DNA of 32,000 bases from Alkanindiges illinoisensis DSM 15370. Its GTDB lineage: Bacteria > Pseudomonadota > Gammaproteobacteria > Pseudomonadales > Moraxellaceae. The stretch covers positions 940,064-972,063 of the forward strand of contig NZ_JHUX01000003.1 in NCBI RefSeq assembly GCF_000619845.1, in the 5' to 3' direction. The notes under the pieces are model-generated. The model saw only the letters and a program-made list of their open reading frames with translations. It did no database searches and was not told the DNA's origin. Positions within the stretch are counted from its first letter, which is position 1. Every line of letters begins with the position of its first letter. The position numbers and the translations under genes are program-made. Below are positions 17,127-25,158 of this stretch, one piece after another.

Positions 17127-17570
17127 TTATTGATTGATAATCTGGTAAGGCATTGTCACATCAGCCGAAGGACAATCTGGCCATAATTCAGATAACGGTT
17201 TAACAGCATCAAACGGCAAAGGCAAGCGTGATGTTATAGGCTGAAGTAAGCTTAAGGTTTCCCCATAGGCCACAATATCCATATCCAGCGGAATATGATG
17301 TGATGGACGGGTTCGGCCAGCCTGTTTTTCCAGTTGCTTTAAAAATGCATCAAGCTGCTCAAAACTTAGATCTGTTTGCAGGAGTACAGCCAAATTATAG
17401 TAATCAGCACCTTTACCTTGCCTACACGGAATCTGGTAAGTTTTTGAGAACTGGCATTTGCCCAGAGTTTCGAGCTGCTGCACCGCATAGCGTGTCCAGT
17501 GCTCGCGATTCTGGTTGCTACTAATGGCGAGTGCGAAGACTGTCACGATTGCGCTCAATGCAAATGCCAA
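17127..17570 (-). CDS. folK: divergent HPPK-like protein (2-amino-4-hydroxy-6-hydroxymethyldihydropteridine diphosphokinase family)
   Basis: Aligns by eye to E. coli HPPK: LAISSNQ vs IAIGSNL, DYYNLAVLLQT vs DYLNAAVALET, GRTR...LDMDIV vs GRVR...LDLDIM. The start is uncertain. Position 17570 is a TTG, and a GTG at 17546 gives VTVFALAISSN. Either start overlaps the end of folB. Confidence 0.6.
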   Translation of the reverse strand: MAFALSAIVTVFALAISSNQNREHWTRYAVQQLETLGKCQFSKTYQIPCRQGKGADYYNLAVLLQTDLSFEQLDAFLKQLEKQAGRTRPSHHIPLDMDIVAYGETLSLLQPITSRLPLPFDAVKPLSELWPDCPSADVTMPYQIINQ

Positions 17571-17895
17571 CGGCTGTGGTATTGGTAATCGCAGTAGGCT
17601 TGCGTACTGTGACTTTAATATGCTGAACAGCAGAAAAATCAGCCAATATTTTATTGCAAATCAGGACAGCCAGCCGCTCAATCAGCTTTGCTTTAGTATC
17701 TATGATTAAAGCACTGACAAGATCACAGACGGCCTTATAGTTGACTGCATCCTCAATATTATCGGTTTGTGCAGCACGACAAATATCGCAACCTAGTTCC
17801 AGGTCAACAATAACGGGCTGAAGAATCTGGCGCTCCCAATCAAACACACCAATGACTGCATCAACCTGCAAGCCTTCAATAATGACTTTATCCAC
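17521..17895 (-). CDS. folB: dihydroneopterin aldolase
   Basis: 124-aa ORF with DKVIIEGLQVDAVIGVFDWER and a C-terminal ...VGICIER. Size and motifs are typical of FolB, and it sits next to an HPPK-like gene. Confidence 0.85.
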   Translation of the reverse strand: MDKVIIEGLQVDAVIGVFDWERQILQPVIVDLELGCDICRAAQTDNIEDAVNYKAVCDLVSALIIDTKAKLIERLAVLICNKILADFSAVQHIKVTVRKPTAITNTTAVGICIERNRDSLRTRH

Positions 17896-17945
17896 GTAAT
17901 CCCATTTGGCCTGATTTTATAACCAGCAACTATTCTACTTTAGTT

Positions 17946-18005
17946 TTAATAAAAACAGGCAAAGTCATTGTTTAGGAAAACAACGAATTCGCCTGTAGTT
18001 TTTTC
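17946..18005 (-). terminator. probable terminator after the ABC1 kinase gene
   Basis: Outer stem acaggc (17955-17960) / gcctgt (17991-17996) enclosing a partly paired interior (cattgttt ... aaacaacg). T/A runs on both sides: ttttat on the minus strand, agtttttt on the plus strand. Confidence 0.5.
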
Positions 18006-18063
18006 ACCATAAGCTGCTAAATATTCAGCGACTAAGGTTATATGCCTTTTTGCCTACACATAA

Positions 18064-19425
18064 TTAATGAATGAGTTTAGAGCCTGGCTCAGCTTCCTGT
18101 AAAAGCTGCAGGCGTGAATCACTAAACACGTCCATATAAGGGGTCAGAACACGCATAAAACGGTCAAAGTACAGCATTTGCTTCATCAGTAAGGCAAAAT
18201 CGCGCGGGAAGTGAATACCGTGACGCTCACCCACGCCCACCATATCCAGCATGATGGCATTTAAATCGGCCACATCGCCTGACATCACTTTTTGCGGATC
18301 AGCCATCAAGACCCCGGAAAACAGTTTTTCCATATCCTGGGCCAAACGGTCAACATCAACTTTGGTATGGGTCATCCCCATATTCACCATATGCTTGGCC
18401 ATTTCCTGATAATTGGTATGCTGCAAGGCATCCATAAAACCAATGGTTGCGCCCCATACTTCAGGCTTAAGCTGCCCCACGATACCAAAGTCAATAAAAC
18501 CTATGCGGCCATCTTTTAACAGTAATAAATTGCCCGCATGCAAATCAGCATGGAAACTCTTACACATCATCAGGCTGGCAAACCAGGTATTCATGGCACT
18601 AATCAGTACCTGCGCCGGGTCTTTGGCATATTGCTTGACTACTTCCAGATCGGTAAGTGGCAGGCCGTATAAGCGTTGCATGGTGAGCACACGACGAGTA
18701 GAAGCCTGATGATAAACCTTTGGTGCAATGGCTTGCGTGTTCTGGGTAGCGTCCAGAAATTGCTGGAAATCTTCAATATTTTGCGCTTCAGCCACAAAAT
18801 CGACTTCTTTCACCATACGACTACGGATTTCGTCAACAATTTCAGACAGTGAGGCAAACTTGAGCTTTGGCACCACTTTCTCAAACAGTTTGGTCACGCC
18901 ATACACGACATTAAGATCAGTATGCAAAATGGTTTGCACACCCGGTTTTTGCACCTTAATGACTACATCTTCACCAGTAACTAAAGTAGCGGCATGTACC
19001 TGTGCAATCGATGCAGAAGCCAGTGGTGTCTGTTCAATATGCTGAAAAATGCTATTGAGGGGTGTATCGCCAAACTCTTCTTTTAAGGTTTGTTCAATAT
19101 AGCTATAAGGCAAGGCTGGGGTTTGATCCAGACAGCGCTGGAATTCCTCAACATATTCACGTGGAAACAGTGAGGGCGAGCTGGCAATAAACTGCCCCAG
19201 CTTGATATAGGTTGCCCCAAGTTGCTCAAAGGTTTCACGCAGCAATTGTGGCGTTGGTGCGCCATCGGTTGCATGCCGGATACCTGCACGAAGCACCACA
19301 CCAGCAGTTTCGCCAAGACGGGCAACTGAACGTAAGCTATTGAGTAGCTGCTTTTTAGCTGTGGGGTTTTTAATCATGGAAAGTCCTTCAATTTCAGGCA
19401 AAACGCTAATGATTTTTGCCATCAT
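18064..19425 (-). CDS. ABC1/UbiB-family atypical protein kinase (second paralogue)
   Basis: IKLGQFIAS, PLASASIAQVHAA followed by VVIKVQKPGV, FHADLHAGNLLL, and FIDFGIVG. An alternative start at 19377 (ATG with GAAGGA 6 nt upstream) is at least as likely as the ATGATG at 19425. Confidence 0.85.
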   Translation of the reverse strand: MMAKIISVLPEIEGLSMIKNPTAKKQLLNSLRSVARLGETAGVVLRAGIRHATDGAPTPQLLRETFEQLGATYIKLGQFIASSPSLFPREYVEEFQRCLDQTPALPYSYIEQTLKEEFGDTPLNSIFQHIEQTPLASASIAQVHAATLVTGEDVVIKVQKPGVQTILHTDLNVVYGVTKLFEKVVPKLKFASLSEIVDEIRSRMVKEVDFVAEAQNIEDFQQFLDATQNTQAIAPKVYHQASTRRVLTMQRLYGLPLTDLEVVKQYAKDPAQVLISAMNTWFASLMMCKSFHADLHAGNLLLLKDGRIGFIDFGIVGQLKPEVWGATIGFMDALQHTNYQEMAKHMVNMGMTHTKVDVDRLAQDMEKLFSGVLMADPQKVMSGDVADLNAIMLDMVGVGERHGIHFPRDFALLMKQMLYFDRFMRVLTPYMDVFSDSRLQLLQEAEPGSKLIH

Positions 19426-19509
19426 GAGAAATAATAATTTGAGTATAAATTATCGGTTGTTATCTTGCTGTAATTTATCTTACTCGCATTTGTGCTGCTT
19501 GATGTTGAC

Positions 19510-20271
19510 CTAACCGCCTGAACTCTTACAAATTGGGCAATTGTCGTCTTTGTCAAATTTGAGTATTCGCTGCTGCATGGTGAGGCCATTCCAGAGCAAC
19601 AAACGATTGGCCAGCGGAACCTGATTTAAACCCAGATATAGCAAGGCATGATGCGCTTGTAGGCTGGCAATTACAGCAGTGGTTGAAGCCAGCACACCCG
19701 ATTCAGCACATTGACGAGTGTCGTCATTTAGACCATTGCCAAACAGGCAGCGATAGCAACCCTGCGCCGGCATAAAAAAAGCAATCTGCCCTTCCAGTCC
19801 AATCGCAGCAGCAGATAGCAATGGTACATTAGCCTCTACACAAGCCTGATTGATCAGGTCTCTTGTGGCAAAGTTGTCTGAACCATCCATAACCAGATCA
19901 ATATCATTTAATAATTCAGGCAGATTAGTTAAATCAACTTTTAGGTTAATGGCTTCAAGTTGCGTCCACGGATTAATTTTTTGCAGTTCGCGTATTGCCA
20001 CTTCAACTTTTGGCAGGCCAACATCACTGGACTGAAACAAGAATTGCCGTTGTAAGTTGCTTTCTTCAATGCTGTCAAAATCAACCAATCGCAAAAAGCC
20101 AAGACCAGCACGCACCAGAATTTGGGCAGCGGGATTACCCAAACCACCTGCCCCAATCATTAATACACGGGCATTAGCTAATTTAAGCTGCGCGTCCATG
20201 TCCCATTCGGGCAGCAGGATTTGGCGGCTATAGCGTAGGAGTTCAGAGTCAGAGAGTTGGGTTTTGATCAT
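19510..20271 (-). CDS. moeB: ThiF/MoeB/HesA-family adenylyltransferase (MoeB-like)
   Basis: 253-aa ORF with RYSRQILL, VLMIGAGGLGNPAAQ (GxGxxG), and two CxxC pairs (CYRC, CPIC) for structural zinc. I cannot separate MoeB from ThiF by eye. Confidence 0.75.
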   Translation of the reverse strand: MIKTQLSDSELLRYSRQILLPEWDMDAQLKLANARVLMIGAGGLGNPAAQILVRAGLGFLRLVDFDSIEESNLQRQFLFQSSDVGLPKVEVAIRELQKINPWTQLEAINLKVDLTNLPELLNDIDLVMDGSDNFATRDLINQACVEANVPLLSAAAIGLEGQIAFFMPAQGCYRCLFGNGLNDDTRQCAESGVLASTTAVIASLQAHHALLYLGLNQVPLANRLLLWNGLTMQQRILKFDKDDNCPICKSSGG

Positions 20272-20496
20272 CAGAAAATATTTAATTAATGAATCAGACT
20301 TTCATAATGAAGCTTCAACCCATTATGCAATTTTTTGATCATATTTAAAATTATATTTCGCTTTCTATTTAAAAATTCCGATATCTTATCAACAATCCCT
20401 AGATAGGTTTTCACATCCTTTTACTGCAAATTAAACAGTTCCATCTAAAAAACAATCGCATCGACACGAGCACCAGACTCCTTAGGCCAAATAGTT

Positions 20497-21096
20497 TTAG
20501 CTACAATTGAATTCCAGCATTCTATTAATTTGCTTTAAAATATCGGCACGCGCACTTTTCTTTTTAAATATAGTTGGAACATGTAATAGAAAACTTGCCC
20601 ATTTATAGCTTTCTGTATTTCTGTCATTTGACTCTATAAAATCTCTAAGGTCTATAAGAGACTCACGATTAAATGCCCAAAGAGACTTTCCTTTATAACT
20701 CAATGAATAGAACGCATCACTTGGCCAATTTAAAACATAGACTTTCCTCGTCTGACATATCTCGCAAGTAAATGCCCCATTATCAGTATTATTGCTTCTT
20801 ATTAAATAATTGGAATGATCCCAATCTTCTGGTTTATAGCCATCAGGTAAGTTGGTTATAGTTGCGGTTGAACCACCATTCAAACTTGCATAATAAGTTG
20901 CACTATGCCATTTATGCCCACAGTAATCCTCGTGTGTTTGGTATTCAAAAAATTTGCTCGCTTTAAAATAAGGAATATCTTTCTTCAACTCAATTTTAAC
21001 TACTTCGGCAAATTCAAAAACTGTGTGTTCACCACATAAAGGACAATTTATATCTACTTTATGCGGCATAGGATTCCAGGCATATTTGCCAGTCAT
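20497..21096 (-). CDS. hypothetical protein with a split zinc-ribbon (CxxC ... CxxC)
   Basis: 199-aa ORF that is markedly AT-rich. It contains CPLC (aa 18-21) and CEIC (aa 111-114). There is no signal peptide or TM segment, and I recognise no family. It starts 45 nt downstream of the prmC stop. Confidence 0.55.
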   Translation of the reverse strand: MTGKYAWNPMPHKVDINCPLCGEHTVFEFAEVVKIELKKDIPYFKASKFFEYQTHEDYCGHKWHSATYYASLNGGSTATITNLPDGYKPEDWDHSNYLIRSNNTDNGAFTCEICQTRKVYVLNWPSDAFYSLSYKGKSLWAFNRESLIDLRDFIESNDRNTESYKWASFLLHVPTIFKKKSARADILKQINRMLEFNCS

Positions 21097-21141
21097 TTTG
21101 GTCTCTCTAAACTATAATAGATTATCCTGTGAGACTTAACT

Positions 21142-21960
21142 CTATAATTGCCCCAATGTCACCCGATCATTACCACCATAATCTTTTACCGTCTTTACCT
21201 GATTAAAGCCAGCTTGACTAAACAATTGCTGCACGGCCTGCCCTTGATCATAGCCATGCTCTACCAGCAACCATCCAGCAGGTTTTAACCATTGTAGCGC
21301 CTGTCCAATAATCACTTCCAGATCAGCCAGTCCCTGATTTTTTGCGGTTAGCGCGGTTATAGGTTCATGCGTTAAATCTATTAAATGCTGGTCATGCTCA
21401 TCAATATACGGTGGATTGGAAACAATGACATCAAATTGATGGCTGCTATTTAAAGCCTGATACCAGCTGCCCTGCAAAAACCGTATATTACTAATCTGGT
21501 TTAACGTTGCATTGTGCTGGGCAACCTGCAAAGCCGTACTGGAAAAATCAGTAGCGATGACATTTGATAGCGGACGTTCTTTGGCAATAGACAAGGCAAT
21601 TGCCCCGCTACCCGTTCCTAAATCCAAAATTTGTAAATCCTGATTAGGCTGAATAAGCGCTAAGGCTTGCTCTACCAGAATTTCGGTATCTGGCCGGGGA
21701 ATTAAGGTATCCGGCGTGACTTTTAAAGTTAAGCTCCAAAACGCTTGCTCTCCGATGACATACGCTAACGGTTCACCCTGTTTTAACCGCTCAATTCCCT
21801 GCAAAAATTGTTGATGCTGCTCAAAAGTTAATAATTGATCAGACTTATATTTTAAGGTGAGATGATTAATTTTCAGAATATGCTCAAGCAGCCAGGCATA
21901 TTCACGGCGCTCAAAACTATCTAGCTCACCGTAATACTCCAGTGCCTGTGCAATGTTCAT
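21142..21960 (-). CDS. prmC: release-factor glutamine N5-methyltransferase
   Basis: 272-aa ORF with the SAM motif ILDLGTGSGAIAL and the catalytic VSNPPYI (NPPY). It lies directly downstream of prfA. Confidence 0.93.
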   Translation of the reverse strand: MNIAQALEYYGELDSFERREYAWLLEHILKINHLTLKYKSDQLLTFEQHQQFLQGIERLKQGEPLAYVIGEQAFWSLTLKVTPDTLIPRPDTEILVEQALALIQPNQDLQILDLGTGSGAIALSIAKERPLSNVIATDFSSTALQVAQHNATLNQISNIRFLQGSWYQALNSSHQFDVIVSNPPYIDEHDQHLIDLTHEPITALTAKNQGLADLEVIIGQALQWLKPAGWLLVEHGYDQGQAVQQLFSQAGFNQVKTVKDYGGNDRVTLGQL

Positions 21961-22032
21961 TTAATAAGGTGCCTCTACTATAGCCAGACGCTGAGATTTT
22001 CGAAAAAGTCACTTAATTTTCGAAATGGTCGC

Positions 22033-22056
22033 TGAGCTTGTAGTTCGACAAGCTCA
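22033..22056 (-). promoter_or_regulatory. hairpin in the prfA-prmC spacer
   Basis: 9-bp perfect stem tgagcttgt (22033-22041) / acaagctca (22048-22056) with a 6-nt loop. No U-tract follows on the transcribed strand. Confidence 0.4.
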
Positions 22057-22069
22057 CTAACCCTCGAAG

Positions 22070-23158
22070 CTAGCCGCCATTCTGCTGGGCCAGCATTGCC
22101 AGCTGATCCGCCTGATATTCGCGGTGCAAATTATCCAGTAACTCATTTAAGTCACCCTCCATAACGGCATCCAGCTTATATAAAGTCAGGTTAATCCGGT
22201 GATCGGTAATACGGCCTTGCGAGTAGTTATAAGTGCGAATGCGCTCGGAACGGTCACCCGAGCCCACTAAATCACGCCGTGCTTCAGAAGTTGCCGTTTG
22301 CTGCGCAGAACGCTTGGCATCTTCAATACGCGACACCAGCAATGCCATTGCCTTGGCCTTGTTTTTATGCTGGCTGCGTTCATCCTGACAGGCCACCACA
22401 GTCCCGGTTGGAATATGGGTAATCCGAACTGCCGAATCGGTTTTATTAATGTGCTGCCCCCCCGCACCCGATGCACGGTAAGTATCAATGCGCAAGTCAG
22501 CCGGGTTAATTTCTACCGTATGATCGGTATCCACTTCTGGCAAAATGGCCACCGTACAGGCAGAAGTATGCACGCGTCCCTGTGATTCTGTAGCTGGCAC
22601 GCGCTGTACCCGATGCGCACCACTTTCAAATTTCAGGCGGCCATATACGCCTTCACCTTCAACCCGGCAAATGATTTCCTTGTAACCGCCGTGCTCCCCT
22701 TCATTTTCAGACAGCACTTCTACCCGCCAGCCTACACTTTGTGCATAGCGCTCATACATGCGAAACAGGTCACCAGAAAAAATAGCAGCTTCGTCACCGC
22801 CTGTTCCTGCACGAATTTCTAGAAATGCCGAGTTGGCATCATTGGGGTCCTTGGGAATCATCAGGACGTTTAAATCACTTTCCAGTGCTTCAAGGCGGGC
22901 TTTGGCTTCCTGAATTTCTTCTTCTGCCATGTCACGAAATTCAGGGTCTGCACGCATCGCTTCAGCCGTTTCACGGTCTTTTTCTGCCTGACGATAAGCA
23001 CCCCAGACCTGGGTAATTTCTTCCAGTTCACTGTGTTCGCGAGACAGCTTGCGAAACCGCTGGTTATCAGAAATCACTTCTGCATCAGACAGCAGGGCAT
23101 TTAATTCTTCATACCGGTCAGACAGTTGATCCAGACGCAAACGGAGTGATGACTTCAT
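22070..23158 (-). CDS. prfA: peptide chain release factor 1
   Basis: The RF1 discriminator PAT (QRVPATES) and GGQ ([10 protein letters not shown]) are present. I moved the start to [12 protein letters not shown] at 23158. The 23 extra residues in the ORF track are not RF1-like. Confidence 0.96.
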   Translation of the reverse strand: MKSSLRLRLDQLSDRYEELNALLSDAEVISDNQRFRKLSREHSELEEITQVWGAYRQAEKDRETAEAMRADPEFRDMAEEEIQEAKARLEALESDLNVLMIPKDPNDANSAFLEIRAGTGGDEAAIFSGDLFRMYERYAQSVGWRVEVLSENEGEHGGYKEIICRVEGEGVYGRLKFESGAHRVQRVPATESQGRVHTSACTVAILPEVDTDHTVEINPADLRIDTYRASGAGGQHINKTDSAVRITHIPTGTVVACQDERSQHKNKAKAMALLVSRIEDAKRSAQQTATSEARRDLVGSGDRSERIRTYNYSQGRITDHRINLTLYKLDAVMEGDLNELLDNLHREYQADQLAMLAQQNGG

Positions 23159-23515
23159 AACCTTGAATAATCTCGCAAAACAGTACAAAAATAACTTAGG
23201 GACTGGCGCAGTGACAGCCCGATGCAAACTAATTTTTTAAGCGGCATAGTGTAAGTCATTCAATGCCTAAAATCCAAAAGACTGCAAAAATATTGCGTTT
23301 GCCCTATTCAATTGCCTTAAGCAAATGGAAAATTGCGAAACCAATGTGTGTTTTATCGGCAATTAATGGCCAAAATCCATGATTAGTTCTTTAAGTAAAC
23401 GGGATTTTACGTGATGCACCCAAAGTTATTACTAAATATTACAGTGAAACATTTGAGAACAATTAACATTTATTTAATGAGCAGCTCAGTCGTAGCTGGG
23501 AGGAGGAGAAAAATT

Positions 23516-24031
23516 ATGAAATTTACGTCCATTTTATTAGCCGGTGTGCTGTCAGCCACCAGTTTAATCGGAATGAATACGATTGCCTACGCTGACAATA
23601 CAGGGCGGGTTGCAGCAGCAGGTGCTTTGGGTAGTGTGGTTGGGGCAACTGTTGGCCGTCAATTGGGTGGTGAATCAGGTGCCATGATCGGCGCAACCAT
23701 TGGCGGTGCTGGTGGTTCAGCAGCAGCCAGTGATAAACGCAGCCGCACTGAAAGTGCAGTTGGCGGTGGCTTGGGTGCTGCGGGTGGCTACACCGTAGGA
23801 CGTAATACCGGTGTCCGTAATGGCGACCTGATTGGAGCTGCTGTAGGCGCCGCTGGTGGTGCTGCGCTGGGCAACAAGATTGCTAAGGACAAAGCCGAAG
23901 AAAAAGCTGAAAAAGCACGTCGTGACCGGATTGCTGCGCGTAATGCCCGCTATAACAAGTGGAATGACCGCAACTGGCAACGTGTGAATTACAAGCCAAA
24001 ACATCATCACAAACACTACTATCGTGACTAA
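23516..24031 (+). CDS. secreted glycine-zipper protein with a basic, His-rich C-terminal tail
   Basis: Start at the ATG at 23516, preceded by GGGAGGAGGAG. Signal peptide MKFTSILLAGVLSATSLIGMNTIAYA with no lipobox Cys. Repeated GxxxG/GAxxG zippers (GALGSVVGATVG, GAMIGATIGGAGG, GAAVGAAGGAALG). Tail: KAEEKAEKARRDR...KPKHHHKHYYRD. Confidence 0.75.
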   Translation: MKFTSILLAGVLSATSLIGMNTIAYADNTGRVAAAGALGSVVGATVGRQLGGESGAMIGATIGGAGGSAAASDKRSRTESAVGGGLGAAGGYTVGRNTGVRNGDLIGAAVGAAGGAALGNKIAKDKAEEKAEKARRDRIAARNARYNKWNDRNWQRVNYKPKHHHKHYYRD

Positions 24032-24067
24032 GCTAGTTAATTAAGCTGTCTTAAGATACTGAGTAAA

Positions 24068-24100
24068 CAAAAGGCCACCTCATTTAGGGTGGTCTTTTTC
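24068..24100. terminator. bidirectional terminator between convergent genes
   Basis: Stem aggccacc (24072-24079) / ggtggtct (24088-24095), including one G-U pair. aaaa upstream and ttttt downstream. Confidence 0.75.
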
Positions 24101-24116
24101 ATGGCTGATATAAATG

Positions 24117-24830
24117 CTAGCGAATAATGAACTGCATAAACTGTTCACGTTCCTGCTTGCTGGCGTTTTGCCACAGTTGCTTAAGCTGTTCAAGGTTGCC
24201 AGTTGCCCCCGTTGCTAAACCAGTCGTTGTCGTTAAAGCCTTTGCACTGCTTGTAACGGCTTGATTGTTATTGCCAGTCTGGCTGGTGGTTAGGTCTTTT
24301 TGCATTCCCGGCTTGTTTCTAAAATCCATCACCCGGTTAAAAAAGCTGCTGCCGAGCATAGGCTTTGGTGCGTTATCCAGTCCCTGTTGCTGGGCAATAA
24401 CCTTACCCTGCTCATCAAGCACGGCAATAATGGGCTGCTTGACATAGTCCTTTGCCACATCATAATTTTTGGGAGGATTAACAAGGCTTAAACGGTATGT
24501 CTTGTTGTCTTCCAAATTGGCCCGTACGCTCACCACTGCCGACTTTAAAATATCATGCTCGCCATTGGTTAAATTAAACAGTTGCTCATAGCGAACTGCT
24601 ATGTCATGCATGCCGGGATCAAGCTTATAGGTTGTTTTGCTGGAGCGAAAAAAACTACCGCTTACTTCCTGCTGGTCCAGCGCCAGTACTGGAATTTCTT
24701 CAGGTGTCACTAGCGTTACAGCAGCCTGTGCAGAAGTAGCCATAGCCACAACCATGAGTGATAAAACAACCTTGGATAAGGTAACCACATGCTGACCTTT
24801 TGATTTTGATTTCAAATTACAAACTTCCAT
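24117..24830 (-). CDS. DUF2057 / YccT-like periplasmic protein
   Basis: 237-aa ORF with a signal peptide ending ATSAQA/AV. The body resembles the YccT (UPF0319) family (GMHDIAVRYEQLF...). The Thr/Asn-rich linker is followed by a C-terminal LEQLKQLWQNASKQEREQFMQFI motif. Assigned from memory of the family. Confidence 0.55.
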   Translation of the reverse strand: MEVCNLKSKSKGQHVVTLSKVVLSLMVVAMATSAQAAVTLVTPEEIPVLALDQQEVSGSFFRSSKTTYKLDPGMHDIAVRYEQLFNLTNGEHDILKSAVVSVRANLEDNKTYRLSLVNPPKNYDVAKDYVKQPIIAVLDEQGKVIAQQQGLDNAPKPMLGSSFFNRVMDFRNKPGMQKDLTTSQTGNNNQAVTSSAKALTTTTGLATGATGNLEQLKQLWQNASKQEREQFMQFIIR

Positions 24831-25158
24831 TCATAAAAAAAGTGCTACAAATATTGATGCTCACCCATAGGTATGACTGATGCCAAGCATAATAAGCATC
24901 ACAAATGCTAGGAATAATGGGCGCTAGTCTTTCAAACATAACATAATTATTTCAGTAAAGCCCAAACTGGTACATTCAATTTTGTGATATCAGTATCATA
25001 TTTTATGACATCACACTGCATCAATATTAGTGGTTTAAGATGACAATGTAATGACAATTAACCAGTAAACTGTATTATCTTAAATCACTTATTTTAAACA
25101 AAATAACCTTGTCAGCCTGAGATATAATGCCTTTGAGGCAATAACCGTGAGATGACGT

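Noticed and set aside
20262-20342. 10-bp direct repeat ttttgatcat (20262-20271 and 20333-20342) near the orphan zinc-ribbon gene, considered as a target-site duplication
   Set aside because: Both copies lie on the same side of the gene, so they do not bracket it. The repeat is short and AT-rich, and no inverted terminal repeats or transposase are present.
23159-23227. 23-residue N-terminal extension of prfA in the ORF track ([23 protein letters not shown])
   Set aside because: RF1 proteins begin at the MKSSL...RL..L helix, and the extension has no RF1 counterpart. Similar over-extensions were trimmed for the BVMO (6314-6442) and the glycine-zipper protein (23411-23515).
24983-25015. TGTGATATCA ... 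TGACATCACA inverted repeat upstream of yccS that resembles CRP/Vfr half-sites (TGTGA / TCACA)
   Set aside because: The half-sites are 23 nt apart rather than the canonical 6. The nearer candidate (TGTGA-tatcag-TATCA) is a poor right half. It may be a weak hairpin or due to chance in AT-rich DNA. The nearby 8-bp direct repeat atgacaat (25040 and 25051) is likewise too short to interpret.
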